A stretch of 64,000 nt of DNA, from assembly GCA_964526195.1 (NCBI GenBank), contig CAZGIH010000013.1, positions 74,707-138,706 of the forward strand, in the 5' to 3' direction. Source of the DNA: an uncultured Chromatiales bacterium. Its GTDB lineage: Bacteria; Pseudomonadota; Gammaproteobacteria; Poriferisulfidales; Poriferisulfidaceae. Position 1 is the first letter of the stretch. Each line of letters opens with the position of its first letter. Below are positions 48,401 through 56,697 of the stretch, piece after piece. Below the pieces are notes generated by a model, which was not told the origin of the DNA, did no database searches, and was given only the letters and a program-made list of their open reading frames with translations. Made by a program: the position numbers and the translations under genes.

Positions 48401-48768
48401 GCGGACTGCAGCCCGGTCAGGAACAGGATGACGAACAGAAAGCCGACTGACCCGGTGGCAAAACCGATCCAGGTCAGTGCCATCAGGGCGCATTCCGCAA
48501 GCTTGATGTGCTGGATCAGCCGGTGCCGCGGGAAGTGATCAGCCAGTTTTCCGCCGAGGGCGGAGAACAGCAGGAAAGGTAGCAGGAAAATTCCGGCGGA
48601 GGCGGCAACCAGTTCTTCGCTTCCGAACCCGGCCAGTTCGGTAATGCGGTAGGTGATCAGGACGACCAGCGCGTTACGGAAGACGTTGTCGTTGTAGGCC
48701 CCGGTCAGTTGGGTAAAGAAGAAAGGGCCGAGCCGCCGTGTCAGTAACAGACGGAAAGTCGAAGGCAT
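45433..48768 (-). CDS. LplT-type MFS transporter fused to an Aas-like acyl-ACP synthetase (acyltransferase segment degenerate)
   Basis: N-terminal FFTQLTGAYNDNVFRN and FGPVKY; C-terminal FTSGSEGEPKG, EGYGVTETSP, WHDTGD and RFAKIGGEMVSL. Confidence 0.85.
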   Translation of the reverse strand: MPSTFRLLLTRRLGPFFFTQLTGAYNDNVFRNALVVLITYRITELAGFGSEELVAASAGIFLLPFLLFSALGGKLADHFPRHRLIQHIKLAECALMALTWIGFATGSVGFLFVILFLTGLQSALFGPVKYAILPNLLSRAELLAGNAWVAVGTFISILAGSLTGTLVMGVPDAALWVPGILVISAGAGYLASYRIPAQVPTGAGLRLSFEPFSETARIVREGLSQPRLAWLMLAISWFWMIGVGMLIQLPLFVRDVLAGNEQALAGALAIFTVGVGLGALLCNRWLGGTARATLAPISAAALGAGFVLLSLVPPADVPLRGFAALLEDPQAVTALGILLGLAVAGGFYVTPLYTLVQQRAPEDRRARVIACNNILNSIFMALASTTSIVIFQSGGTIVTVWLAMAATALAAALLLLHFTQGSFRHVLLWPIASVVLTTETPPPGSLVFARRGSAWVAWALAATIPGKLEIHVAPALLRRMSLRLLACWVRLKPLDPSALDDQWPGNQDEPTRTVLILPPSGPEGEASLLELMQAARERSGHPVEVASVSDPELYMPRFYPRIRVGFENCPLPPRAADEPEALRRDALKIYDLLCELEYRMHCRECTTLQSLYGAARRFGAGYLILADLERTLTYRQLLQAIHAVAQLLKRALPKAQDTVGILLPNATATPITFFALHTLHRVPVMLNYTAGPANVSSACRTAGLTHVVTSRRFVEKADLGGLTDALAGDYTLLWLEDLRPQLNLGMKLKAAWRATRPPPKGDPSDPAVVLFTSGSEGEPKGVVLSHRNLQRNRCQVRAVLSLTPQDHLLLCLPTFHSFALGVGLLLPLMAGLRCTLYPSPLHYKQIPELIHKHSITVFFSTDTFLNGYGQAASPEDLQSLRLIVAGAEPLKPSTRKFWQERFGLTVHEGYGVTETSPAVSANTFACNQPGSVGRLMPDIEVRLEPLDDSQDTIGATRGRLFLRGPNVMSGYWMPGENRLLTPPEDGWHDTGDVAEFDDNGFLSLHGRAKRFAKIGGEMVSLAYVEQQVSEVWPEYRHIVCAVDHPTRGEQLVLITEHPEPDRSWLRQALGEQGVGELARPRLILPVEALPLLGSGKPDLRRAQELAVSVLH

Positions 48769-48782
48769 CGGCAGTGTGGGGG

Positions 48783-49253
48783 TTACAGGCGGGTCGGGTT
48801 TTCAGCGTCGCCGTAGACCTCTTCGGGGTCGAAGGTTTTCTCGCGTTCCAGATATTCCAGCGCTTGGCCGGCCGAATCTTCCGTCGGCACCTTGCGGTAA
48901 AAGCAGGAGCGGTAACCGACGTGGCAACTGGCGCCGGAGTCGGCAACCGTCACACGCATCCAGACCGTGTCCTGGTCGTCGTCGATGCGCAGTTCGCGCA
49001 CTTTCTGCACCAATCCGCTGGTGGCGCCCTTGTGCCACAGGCATTGGCGGCTGCGGCTGTAGTACCAGGCTTCGCCGCTGCGGATGGTCCGCTCCAGCGC
49101 CTCGGCGTTCTGGTACGCGACCATCAGCACTTCACCGGACTCGTAGTCGGTGGTCACCACGGGAATCAGCCCGTTTTCATCAAATTTCGGGGCCAGTTGA
49201 TCCCCTTCTTCGACCTGCTCGACGCTTTCCCGGGGAGAAAATAATGAGGACAT
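48783..49253 (-). CDS. hisI: Phosphoribosyl-AMP cyclohydrolase
   Basis: [28 protein letters not shown] and [11 protein letters not shown]; start at ATG 49253. Confidence 0.93.
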   Translation of the reverse strand: MSSLFSPRESVEQVEEGDQLAPKFDENGLIPVVTTDYESGEVLMVAYQNAEALERTIRSGEAWYYSRSRQCLWHKGATSGLVQKVRELRIDDDQDTVWMRVTVADSGASCHVGYRSCFYRKVPTEDSAGQALEYLEREKTFDPEEVYGDAENPTRL

Positions 49254-49284
49254 CTTGAAAAGAAAAACTTTTGAATTACACAGT

Positions 49285-50658
49285 CTACCGTACCCGCCGC
49301 CAGTGGCTGCCGTCCGCCAAGTCCTCCACCGCAATTCCAGCCTCCAGCAGCTGATCGCGGATGCGGTCGGCCGCCGCGTAATCCCCGCTTTCCCGGGCGG
49401 CTTGCCGCTCGGCCAGCAGGGTTTCGATCTCGGCATCGTCCAGGCTGCCAGCCGTCGCGCTGGCATGGAACCAGTCCTCGGCCTCGGATTCGAACAGGCC
49501 AAGCATCCGGGCACCGGCGCACAGCCGCCGGGCGGCTTCCGTGCGCTGCGTTCCCTGCAGATGGGCCAGGGCCGCTGCCTCGTGCCGCAGGCGCTGCAGG
49601 GCCAGCGGGGTATTGAGGTCGTCGAGCAGGGCCTGCAGGAATTCCGCATCCGGCTCGGTTTCGTCGGGTTCCGGACTTCCCGCATCCTGCCAGGCCCGAT
49701 ACAGCCGGTCCAGGATCTGGCGCGCCTGGTGGAGCAGGTCATCCGTCCAGTCCAGCGGCTTGCGGTAATGCGCATGCAGCAGGGCGAGACGCAGCAGTTC
49801 CCCCGGATGGTGATCGAGAAGTTCCCGGACTTGGCGCACATTGCCGATGGACTTGGCCATTTTTTCGCCATCGACCGTAACGTAGCCGTTATGCATCCAC
49901 AGCCGGACGAACGACTCGCCGGGGTAGGCGCAACAGCTCTGCGCGCGCTCGTTTTCGTGATGCGGGAATACCAGGTCTTGGCCGCCGCCGTGGATGTCGA
50001 TGGTCGGGCCGAGATGGTGCGCGATCATGCACGAGCACTCCAGGTGCCAGCCTGGCCGGCCTCGCCCGAACGGACTATCCCAACCCGGTTGTTCTGGCGT
50101 CGAAGGCTTCCACAACACGAAATCCGCCGGATTACGCTTGTATTCGGCTACTTTCACCCGGGCACCGGGGTGCATTTCCTCCACCCGCCGCCCGGACAGT
50201 TCGCCGTACCCGTCGAAACTGTCCACTGCGAACAGGACATGCCCGTCCGCTTCGTAGGCATGACCCGAATCCAACAGGGTCTGGGTCATTTCCAGCATGG
50301 CCGGAATGGTTTCGGTCGCACGCGGCTCCAAGTCGACCTCCAAACTCCCAAGGGCGGCACACACTTCGTGAAACGCTTCGATGTAGCGGGCAGTCAGTTC
50401 GTCGTACCGGCAGTTCTCCTGTTCAGCCCGATCCAGGATTTTGTCATCAATATCGGTCAGGTTACGGGCATAGACGACCTTGGGATAGAGAAAACGCAAC
50501 AGGTGGACCAGCACGTCGAACACGACCAGCGGACGAGCGTTGCCGATATGGATGTGGTCGTAGACGGTGGGGCCGCAGACGTACAAGGTGACGCGCTCCG
50601 GGTCGAGCGGGGCGAAGGCAACCTTTTTGCGGGTTGCGGTGTCGTACAGGTGGAGCAT
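49285..50658 (-). CDS. cysS: Cysteine--tRNA ligase
   Basis: [39 protein letters not shown] and KMAKS. Confidence 0.98.
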   Translation of the reverse strand: MLHLYDTATRKKVAFAPLDPERVTLYVCGPTVYDHIHIGNARPLVVFDVLVHLLRFLYPKVVYARNLTDIDDKILDRAEQENCRYDELTARYIEAFHEVCAALGSLEVDLEPRATETIPAMLEMTQTLLDSGHAYEADGHVLFAVDSFDGYGELSGRRVEEMHPGARVKVAEYKRNPADFVLWKPSTPEQPGWDSPFGRGRPGWHLECSCMIAHHLGPTIDIHGGGQDLVFPHHENERAQSCCAYPGESFVRLWMHNGYVTVDGEKMAKSIGNVRQVRELLDHHPGELLRLALLHAHYRKPLDWTDDLLHQARQILDRLYRAWQDAGSPEPDETEPDAEFLQALLDDLNTPLALQRLRHEAAALAHLQGTQRTEAARRLCAGARMLGLFESEAEDWFHASATAGSLDDAEIETLLAERQAARESGDYAAADRIRDQLLEAGIAVEDLADGSHWRRVR

Positions 50659-50673
50659 GGTGGCGCTTCGCGA

Positions 50674-52071
50674 TTATGTATGGAATTCGGGCCTGTCCCG
50701 ATAATTCCACTGCATCGTTGACGGATCATTGACGGTATCCACTAGGCATTCCATGAAGAAGGCCCCCGCTTCGTTGTCCTCTCCCCGTCCCGTCACCGGA
50801 GCGCCTCCGGCCAGGAGCCTGTTCAATCCCAGGTCCAGGATGTTTCGTGCGGCATTGATGTCCGCGTTGTCCGTATGCCCGCAGGCCAGGCACTTGAAGT
50901 GCGCCTGTTCCTTTCGGTTGACCTCGTCCACGTGCCCGCATTCCGCGCACGTCCGGCTGGTGTTTCGCGCCGGCACCCGGATCAGGTCCCACGCCTTGTA
51001 CTGAAGAAAGCGGTCCACCATCCCCATGCAGGAGATCTGGGCCATCTTCCGGTTCAGCACCGCCTTCGCCTTTACGCACTTGCCGGGTTTCTCCTTCGTG
51101 CCCCGCGCCGAGCGCCGCATTACTTGCACGTCCAGTTCTTCCAGCACGATGTGCCCGAACAGGCGTGCTAGGTCCGCCGAGGACTGGTGGCTGAAGTCCT
51201 TCCGGATTTCCGCCGCCTTGCACTTCGCCTTTGCCGCACGCTGCTGCAGCCGCTGCCGGCGGTTCGAGGCTACCCGGACTTGCCTGCCCAACTTCGTGCG
51301 CACCGGCTCCCCGGCGGCATCCTTCAGTTCGACCCGCTCCCGATGGCTTGCCCGCCACTGGTAGTGTCGGGCCCGGGCCTCGTACTTCTCGATCCGTTCA
51401 TGCGGGATCTTGATGAGTTTCTGCCCCCCGATCCAGTCTGCCGCGAGGTTCTCCGAGTTGCGGTCGACTCCGCAGACTCTGCCATGCCAATGCCAGTCCG
51501 GATTCGGTACTTCCCACAGCACCGACACGTACCACTTGTCCAACTCCTGGTACACCACCGCGACTTTCGCCTCGCCGCCGTCCCAGGGGTCGGCCCCGCG
51601 CGTGCGCGACGCCGCCTTGCGGTTCATCCGGATCCAGCCGACCTTTGGCACCCAAAGCCGCTTGGCCTGAATCTTCACGGCCTCCGGGATCGTGAACGAC
51701 TCCCGGCTTCTCTCTTTGGCCTTGAAGCGGGGGAACCCGGCCTGCTTCCCTTTCTTGCCTTCCCGGACCCGCCGGGAGAAGTGTGCGAATGCCGCTCCCA
51801 GAGGAAAGGCTCCCGTGCTGCGAACGACGGTGGCCGACAATTCCCCCAGCCACTCGTTTCCTTCCTGCGCCTTCAGGCGCGCATACCGCTTCCCGAAATC
51901 AAACCTAGACGCGCCTGGCCTTTCTCTCTTACCGGCCTCGAAGCGCGCGTATTCCCGCTTCTGCTCGGCCAGCAACTCGTTGTAGACGAACCGCCCGGCC
52001 CCGCACAACTGGACGAACTGCCGCTCCTGCGTCTGGTTCGGATACAGGCGGTAGCGGGAGGCCCGGTGCAT
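50674..52071 (-). CDS. tnpB: RNA-guided endonuclease TnpB
   Basis: RYRLYPN...GAGRFVYN, GFPRFK, RuvC-I GVD, RuvC-II VLEEL, zinc ribbon CAEC/CLAC and RuvC-III NADINAARNI. Confidence 0.93.
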   Translation of the reverse strand: MHRASRYRLYPNQTQERQFVQLCGAGRFVYNELLAEQKREYARFEAGKRERPGASRFDFGKRYARLKAQEGNEWLGELSATVVRSTGAFPLGAAFAHFSRRVREGKKGKQAGFPRFKAKERSRESFTIPEAVKIQAKRLWVPKVGWIRMNRKAASRTRGADPWDGGEAKVAVVYQELDKWYVSVLWEVPNPDWHWHGRVCGVDRNSENLAADWIGGQKLIKIPHERIEKYEARARHYQWRASHRERVELKDAAGEPVRTKLGRQVRVASNRRQRLQQRAAKAKCKAAEIRKDFSHQSSADLARLFGHIVLEELDVQVMRRSARGTKEKPGKCVKAKAVLNRKMAQISCMGMVDRFLQYKAWDLIRVPARNTSRTCAECGHVDEVNRKEQAHFKCLACGHTDNADINAARNILDLGLNRLLAGGAPVTGRGEDNEAGAFFMECLVDTVNDPSTMQWNYRDRPEFHT

Positions 52072-52098
52072 GATAGGCAATACTACCACGGGGCCGCG
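50674..52098 (-). mobile_element. Non-autonomous tnpB-only IS200/IS605- or IS607-related element
   Basis: No tnpA is adjacent. A subterminal hairpin TGGAATT-CGGG/CCCG-AT-AATTCCA lies at 50681-50709. ATAA occurs at both inferred junctions (50674-77 and 52099-102); the boundaries are inferred. Confidence 0.6.
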
Positions 52099-52168
52099 TT
52101 ATAGAACCATGCCGGGAGGCGCAGAGCAGACAAGTCGTTCCATACGAAAGATCGAAGAGCCAGCATGG

Positions 52169-52492
52169 TCAATCGCTCAAGCTGCGTTCCTGCAGATCGA
52201 TCTCGCGCTGCTGTTCGCCGACGTGTCCGGCCAGGTAGAGGGCGATGGTGAGCGCTGCGGCGGTACCGACCGCCATGGATTGCTGCCAGACCGAGGCCCC
52301 GCCGCTGAGAAGCCGCAGCAGCCAGAGCAGGCTCAAGTAGGCCAGGTAGAAAAACCAGAATGCCACTGGCACCAGTGCGGGATAAGGCGGATCGCTGAAC
52401 TGGATCAGGTACAGGGCCGCCAGCATCACGCCCACGGTCAGCAGGATGACCTGGGACAGGTAATTCGAAATGAGGGTGCGAAAGCGGGACAT
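52169..52492 (-). CDS. Small membrane protein (3 TM)
   Basis: Three hydrophobic segments; no family recognised. Confidence 0.55.
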   Translation of the reverse strand: MSRFRTLISNYLSQVILLTVGVMLAALYLIQFSDPPYPALVPVAFWFFYLAYLSLLWLLRLLSGGASVWQQSMAVGTAAALTIALYLAGHVGEQQREIDLQERSLSD

Positions 52493-52663
52493 CGGATCGC
52501 AAGGTCTGCCGGCGTCAAACAACTAATTTTAGAACAGGCACTCCAAACGAGAACCCTGTTTCGCGAGTGTGGCTGATTTCCAGACTGACCCCCAACCACT
52601 GGATCAGCCGGGTGCGCATGATGTTAAAATGGCGCCCCGCGAAGGAATCGACGACATCTAACA

Positions 52664-52855
52664 ATGGATCAAACCTATCGAGATGCGGTTACCCGCATGG
52701 AAGAACTGGGGGTCGACCCCGAGTATGTTCTCGGTTGGCAAGGCGGCTATCTGGGCCACCCGACGCGAGAAGAGCAGCGACTTACCGAAGCCTACCAGGC
52801 TGGATTTGAGGACGGTCAGGAAAAGGAGACCGGCAACTTCGAAAACTGGACATAA
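52664..52855 (+). CDS. Alvin_2107-like sulfur-globule oxidation-associated small protein
   Basis: ME..GVD.EY.LGW.GGYLG.P.REEQR.TEAY.AG..DG pattern, recalled for this family. Confidence 0.65.
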   Translation: MDQTYRDAVTRMEELGVDPEYVLGWQGGYLGHPTREEQRLTEAYQAGFEDGQEKETGNFENWT

Positions 52856-52916
52856 TCCAGATGGATGGGTTTGTACTGTTGGATGAATTTGAGCGCCCTG
52901 CGGCACATGGCTGAAA

Positions 52917-53444
52917 GTGAAAGTGAGTAGCATTTCAGTTGTCCAAGCGGCAGATATCTTAGGTAAACGAAAGAAGCATCTTTTCAAGTTAATTAATCGT
53001 CTAGGCATAGAAAAACGTTTAGAGAAAAGTGATGGTGCGGGCGCACATAGGGGACAGAAAGTTGCTGTCATTTCCAAGGCCGACTTTGAGCGCTTGGAAG
53101 AATATTTCAAAAATTCTTACCCGAAGAATAAGCCTGCTCCTGCTGATTTTTCACTAGGGGGCGTTTTCTATCTGATTCAGTTGGAGCCAGAACATGATCC
53201 AACTCGTTTCAAATTAGGGTTTGCCTCGGATGTGGACTCTAGGCTTCGGCAACACAAGACGGCAGCACCATATTCAAAAGTTGTCGGGACATGGCCCTGT
53301 AAACTGCTTTGGGAGAAAACTGCAATTGAAAGTATAGCTAGAGGGTGTGACAGAGTACACACGGAGGTGTTTCGCGGGAAATCTATCGAGATCGTGCGGG
53401 AGCGTTGTGAGGAATTCTTCGCGCTAATGCCATCTATTGATTGA
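52917..53444 (+). CDS. Hypothetical protein with a C-terminal GIY-YIG-like (T5orf172/MUG113-type) domain
   Basis: GVFYLIQ...FKLGFASDVDSRLRQHKT...E pattern; AT-rich. Confidence 0.6.
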   Translation: MKVSSISVVQAADILGKRKKHLFKLINRLGIEKRLEKSDGAGAHRGQKVAVISKADFERLEEYFKNSYPKNKPAPADFSLGGVFYLIQLEPEHDPTRFKLGFASDVDSRLRQHKTAAPYSKVVGTWPCKLLWEKTAIESIARGCDRVHTEVFRGKSIEIVRERCEEFFALMPSID

Positions 53445-53451
53445 TTCAGCA

Positions 53452-53476
53452 TATATACCATTTATTGGTATATAAT
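53452..53476 (+). promoter_or_regulatory. Operator palindrome overlapping the -10 box of the TA operon
   Basis: Perfect inverted repeat TATATACCA-TTTAT-TGGTATATA (53452-53474) overlapping TATAAT (53471-76). Confidence 0.7.
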
Positions 53477-53482
53477 CATGTC

Positions 53483-53749
53483 GTGGCTTGGACTGTTTAT
53501 CTGACCAGAAAAGCGTCCAAGCAATTGGCACGGTTGCCGTTATCTGTCCAGAATTTGGCTGATCTCGCGGTAGCTGATTTGGAAACATATGGAGTCAATC
53601 CACGAGGTTGGAACACTCTGAAGATTAATAACGACGAGTATCGTTTACGTTTGAATTACCGCTATCGAATGCGTTACCGAGTCATAGATCGACAGATATT
53701 GGGAATTGAAGTGTTTTATGTTGGACACCGACGGGAGGCTTACAGATGA
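53483..53749 (+). CDS. RelE/HigB-family toxin
   Basis: WTVYLTRKASKQLARLP...YRLRL..RYR.RY...VGHRREAY; GTG start. Confidence 0.8.
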   Translation: MAWTVYLTRKASKQLARLPLSVQNLADLAVADLETYGVNPRGWNTLKINNDEYRLRLNYRYRMRYRVIDRQILGIEVFYVGHRREAYR

Positions 53750-54117
53750 GCCAGGCATTGAAAATTCATCATGACCTTGCTGACGTTGTCATACAACCCA
53801 ACAGCAAAGTTAATAACACGCGCCTGAAGGAAATGATCCTCTCGGTTTTGGATTTGTATTTGAACGAAGATCGTGTCCCTGCAAAAGTTCTTCACGACGA
53901 AGCCAAACGCAGGCATGGCGATTATTACCAGAGTCCCGGCTACTACTTGCGCTTGTACCGCCAACGTGCAGATATGACACAGGCGGAATTGGCTGACCGA
54001 ACCGGCATTCTCCAGCACCATTTGTCTGAAATAGAAAACAATAAGCGGGTGTTGGGCAAGGCTAATGCCATGAAGCTAGGGGAAGCACTGGACTTCGACT
54101 ACCGGAGAGTTCTGTAG
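53746..54117 (+). CDS. XRE-family HTH antitoxin (HigA-like)
   Basis: LRLYRQRADMTQAELADRTGI..HHLSEIENNKR; ATGA overlap with the toxin. Confidence 0.8.
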   Translation: MSQALKIHHDLADVVIQPNSKVNNTRLKEMILSVLDLYLNEDRVPAKVLHDEAKRRHGDYYQSPGYYLRLYRQRADMTQAELADRTGILQHHLSEIENNKRVLGKANAMKLGEALDFDYRRVL

Positions 54118-54152
54118 GTTTAGAAGTTTTCTGAACATAAAATTTGCGAAAG

Positions 54153-54713
54153 CTATGTTCCACCTGCAACCAGGCCGCGGAGAACCCGCCGTAGCGCAGT
54201 CGCAAACTTTGGCGCCTCGCGGTCGATGACGTAAGTGGCGATCCATTCCTGGTCCTTTTCTCCCATGCTGCCGGCCACCGTATCGCCGAGTTCCCGGCAC
54301 AGCGCGAATCCGGGGCCCTCTTCTTCGGACCACTGACAGCCGGCATAGGTTTCGGCTTGCGCATCGAGTTGCTCGATGAAGCGGGTCGCATGCTCTCCCG
54401 GGCCGTCGCATTCCAGCCGGTTGTCCTGCATCAGCGCGGCCAAGTGCCTGGCCAGCGAGGGAATCAGCTGGGCGCGCTCTTCGTCGGGCAGTCGTGACTG
54501 GGCTTCGCGGTCGACCAGGTGCACACCGAAAATTGCAAACTGCGCAATGACGTCCAGCCGTTGCGACCAGTCGGCGGTTTCGAACCCTTCATTCTCAAGC
54601 GCCAGCAGGGCATCGCTGGCAATCTTCCAGATATTGACCGACAGGGCGCTGGCCGTCTGGTCTGCGCTTCGCGGCGTTTCACGCTGGTTCCAGTGTCGGG
54701 AAAGGCGGGGCAT
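54153..54713 (-). CDS. Conserved hypothetical protein
   Basis: Genome-typical codon usage and a helical protein; no function recognised. Confidence 0.65.
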   Translation of the reverse strand: MPRLSRHWNQRETPRSADQTASALSVNIWKIASDALLALENEGFETADWSQRLDVIAQFAIFGVHLVDREAQSRLPDEERAQLIPSLARHLAALMQDNRLECDGPGEHATRFIEQLDAQAETYAGCQWSEEEGPGFALCRELGDTVAGSMGEKDQEWIATYVIDREAPKFATALRRVLRGLVAGGT

Positions 54714-54789
54714 AATGGAATTTTGGCGGAAACTGTGCTAATCCGCACCAATAGTATGATACTTTCGCAACTTCTTGGAGGCCGTTCTT

Positions 54790-55036
54790 ATGGGTACAAC
54801 CCGCAAGATAATCACCGCCGGACAGTTTACCAATGACAGCGAATATGTTCGCGACCTGATTCGTCGTGGCCAGGCAAGCCAAGTCGATATTGAGGCGATC
54901 CGTGCCGCACTGATTGAGGGCGAGAAAAGCGGCGACCCACGGCCGTTTGATGGTCGTCAGTTCAAGCAAGAAATGGCGACCAGACATACCGGTAAAACAC
55001 GCTGAATACAGGCTTGTTCCGAGAGCAAGAGAAGAC
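54790..55036 (+). pseudogene. Decayed ParD/ParE toxin-antitoxin pair
   Basis: The ParD-like ORF MGTTRKIITAGQFTNDSEYVRDLIRR...IRAALIEGEKSG lacks the segment normally found between RK(T)IT and AGxFTN. It is followed by a startless ParE-like N-terminal fragment AEYRLVPRARED. Confidence 0.6.
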
Positions 55037-55048
55037 AAGGACAACACC

Positions 55049-56086
55049 ATGCCGCCGATCGAACCCCTGTGCGAACGTGTCCAGGCCAACTGCGACATTG
55101 CCGATGCCCGCCATGCGGGAGCCCTGACCATGTGCGTGTACCTGCTCAAGATGCGCGAATACTTTCGCTGGGAGATGGGCCTGGATTTCACGGCAACCCT
55201 GCCGAACGAGGCAGTGGGCCGCTGGATCCAGGAACGGGAGGAGCGCTGGGAGGAATTGGGGGAAGAGTCGTATCAGCCTGTGTCGATCCAGGGGCAAACC
55301 TACGACCCATTCGATACCGAGGGCATCAACCGGGCGCTGCTGCCGGAAGGCTACGTGTACAGCGCGGGCTTGGGGTTGCACAAGGTGCCGCATTTTTTCC
55401 TGGGCCGGTTGTTGGGCGAACAGGGTCGGGGAGATTACCGGATCTATGAAGCCCGGGAAGAGTGCGCGCGGGATCTGACCGCGCCGCCAGCGATGGCTCT
55501 GGGCCGGACCATCTTCGTGCGCCGGGAATCTTTGCGCCGCATGCTGTGGGAGCGCCTGCAGGAGTGGCGCTGGAATCGGCGGGACAATGTGCTGGGCGAG
55601 GCCTTGCGCTGCTATCCCTTCGATGAGGACCTGGAATCGGCGCTGGATGCAATGACGGAATGCGAGGCGAAGACCGTAATCCTGCATGAAATCGGCGAGA
55701 TTGAAGTCGGCCGGGAATTGGGCGAGGATTGGCACGACCTGCTGCACGCCCTGCCCCGTGGGGCGGCGGAACTCGGCCTGCGCGCGGTGCGCGACCACTG
55801 GGCTGACTGCCAGGTGACGCTGCCGGCTCTGCTGGAGGAGGGCAACCGGGCCGCGCTGTTGTTCTATCGGGCCAGCCTGACGGCCATGCGCCGGCAGTTA
55901 TTCCCGGACTTGGTGGAGGCTCTGGATCGCTGGCGGGAGGGGCGCGATGAGCGCGTTTTGCTGAAGACGGTCGACCGGGGCCGCGAGCATTGGGAGAAAA
56001 CCGCCAAGCGGTTGCTGCGTGCCGGCAACCGAACCCAGGATCCTGCACGAAAACTGACGAACATACTCGAAGCGTCAGCGTTGTGA
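55049..56086 (+). CDS. Sfum_1244-like protein
   Basis: VQANCDIADARHAG...CVYLLKMREYFRWE, ECARDL and ILHEIGE; family recalled from memory. Confidence 0.65.
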   Translation: MPPIEPLCERVQANCDIADARHAGALTMCVYLLKMREYFRWEMGLDFTATLPNEAVGRWIQEREERWEELGEESYQPVSIQGQTYDPFDTEGINRALLPEGYVYSAGLGLHKVPHFFLGRLLGEQGRGDYRIYEAREECARDLTAPPAMALGRTIFVRRESLRRMLWERLQEWRWNRRDNVLGEALRCYPFDEDLESALDAMTECEAKTVILHEIGEIEVGRELGEDWHDLLHALPRGAAELGLRAVRDHWADCQVTLPALLEEGNRAALLFYRASLTAMRRQLFPDLVEALDRWREGRDERVLLKTVDRGREHWEKTAKRLLRAGNRTQDPARKLTNILEASAL

Positions 56087-56667
56087 GCGTACCCCTGTCT
56101 GAATTGCACGAGGTTCTCCCCGGCAGTTTCATCTGGCAGCAGGACGGCGTCCTGACGGAGGCACAGTGTCAGGCCATTATCGAGCGATTCGAGGCGCATC
56201 CGGGGAAGAGGCCCGGGCGCACCGGCGCCGATGCGGGCGAGCGGCTTGAGCTCAAGCGCTCGACCGACCTGACCCTAGCGGGACCGGAGTGGCAGGATGT
56301 CGACCGCTGGCTGCTCACGTCCTTGTCGACCGCGTTGCGGGAGTTGCAGCGGCACTACCTGTATTTTCGCGGACGGTTCAAGGACCAAGGATATGCCGTG
56401 CAGCGGACCGACGAGGGCGAGTATTACCACTGGCACGTAGACGCGGACAGTACGGCCTTGGCGGATCGGCAGCTGGTCGCGATCTGGTACCTCAATGACG
56501 TGGCGGGACCGAGTGGCGAGACCGAGTTTCTGCACCAGGGCGTGAAGATCCAGCCAGCGGCCGGGCGGCTGGTTCTGTTCCCGCCGTTCTGGACCCATCA
56601 GCATCGGGGCGTCACCTTGGGGCAGGGCGTCAAATACCTGGCGACCACCTGGATCGTTTTCGCCTAG
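56083..56667 (+). CDS. 2OG-Fe(II) oxygenase
   Basis: HxD motif (WHVD), IWYLND, GETEF, LVLFP and H.HRG...KY. Confidence 0.88.
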   Translation: MSVPLSELHEVLPGSFIWQQDGVLTEAQCQAIIERFEAHPGKRPGRTGADAGERLELKRSTDLTLAGPEWQDVDRWLLTSLSTALRELQRHYLYFRGRFKDQGYAVQRTDEGEYYHWHVDADSTALADRQLVAIWYLNDVAGPSGETEFLHQGVKIQPAAGRLVLFPPFWTHQHRGVTLGQGVKYLATTWIVFA

Positions 56668-56697
56668 CAGAATAGGCGCGCCGACTAGAATAGTCGA

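Noticed and set aside
48783-49871. 362-aa extended HisI and similar long N-terminal extensions in the ORF track (dsbD, accB, cyoE, DUF4390)
   Set aside because: The extensions overlap upstream genes in another frame; the real starts are the internal codons given in the features.
50674-52071. TnpB as a Cas12-type effector of the nearby CRISPR array
   Set aside because: It lies about 10 kb away, separated by housekeeping genes. The array has type I-G repeats and its own Cascade/Cas3, and tnpB has IS-like end features.
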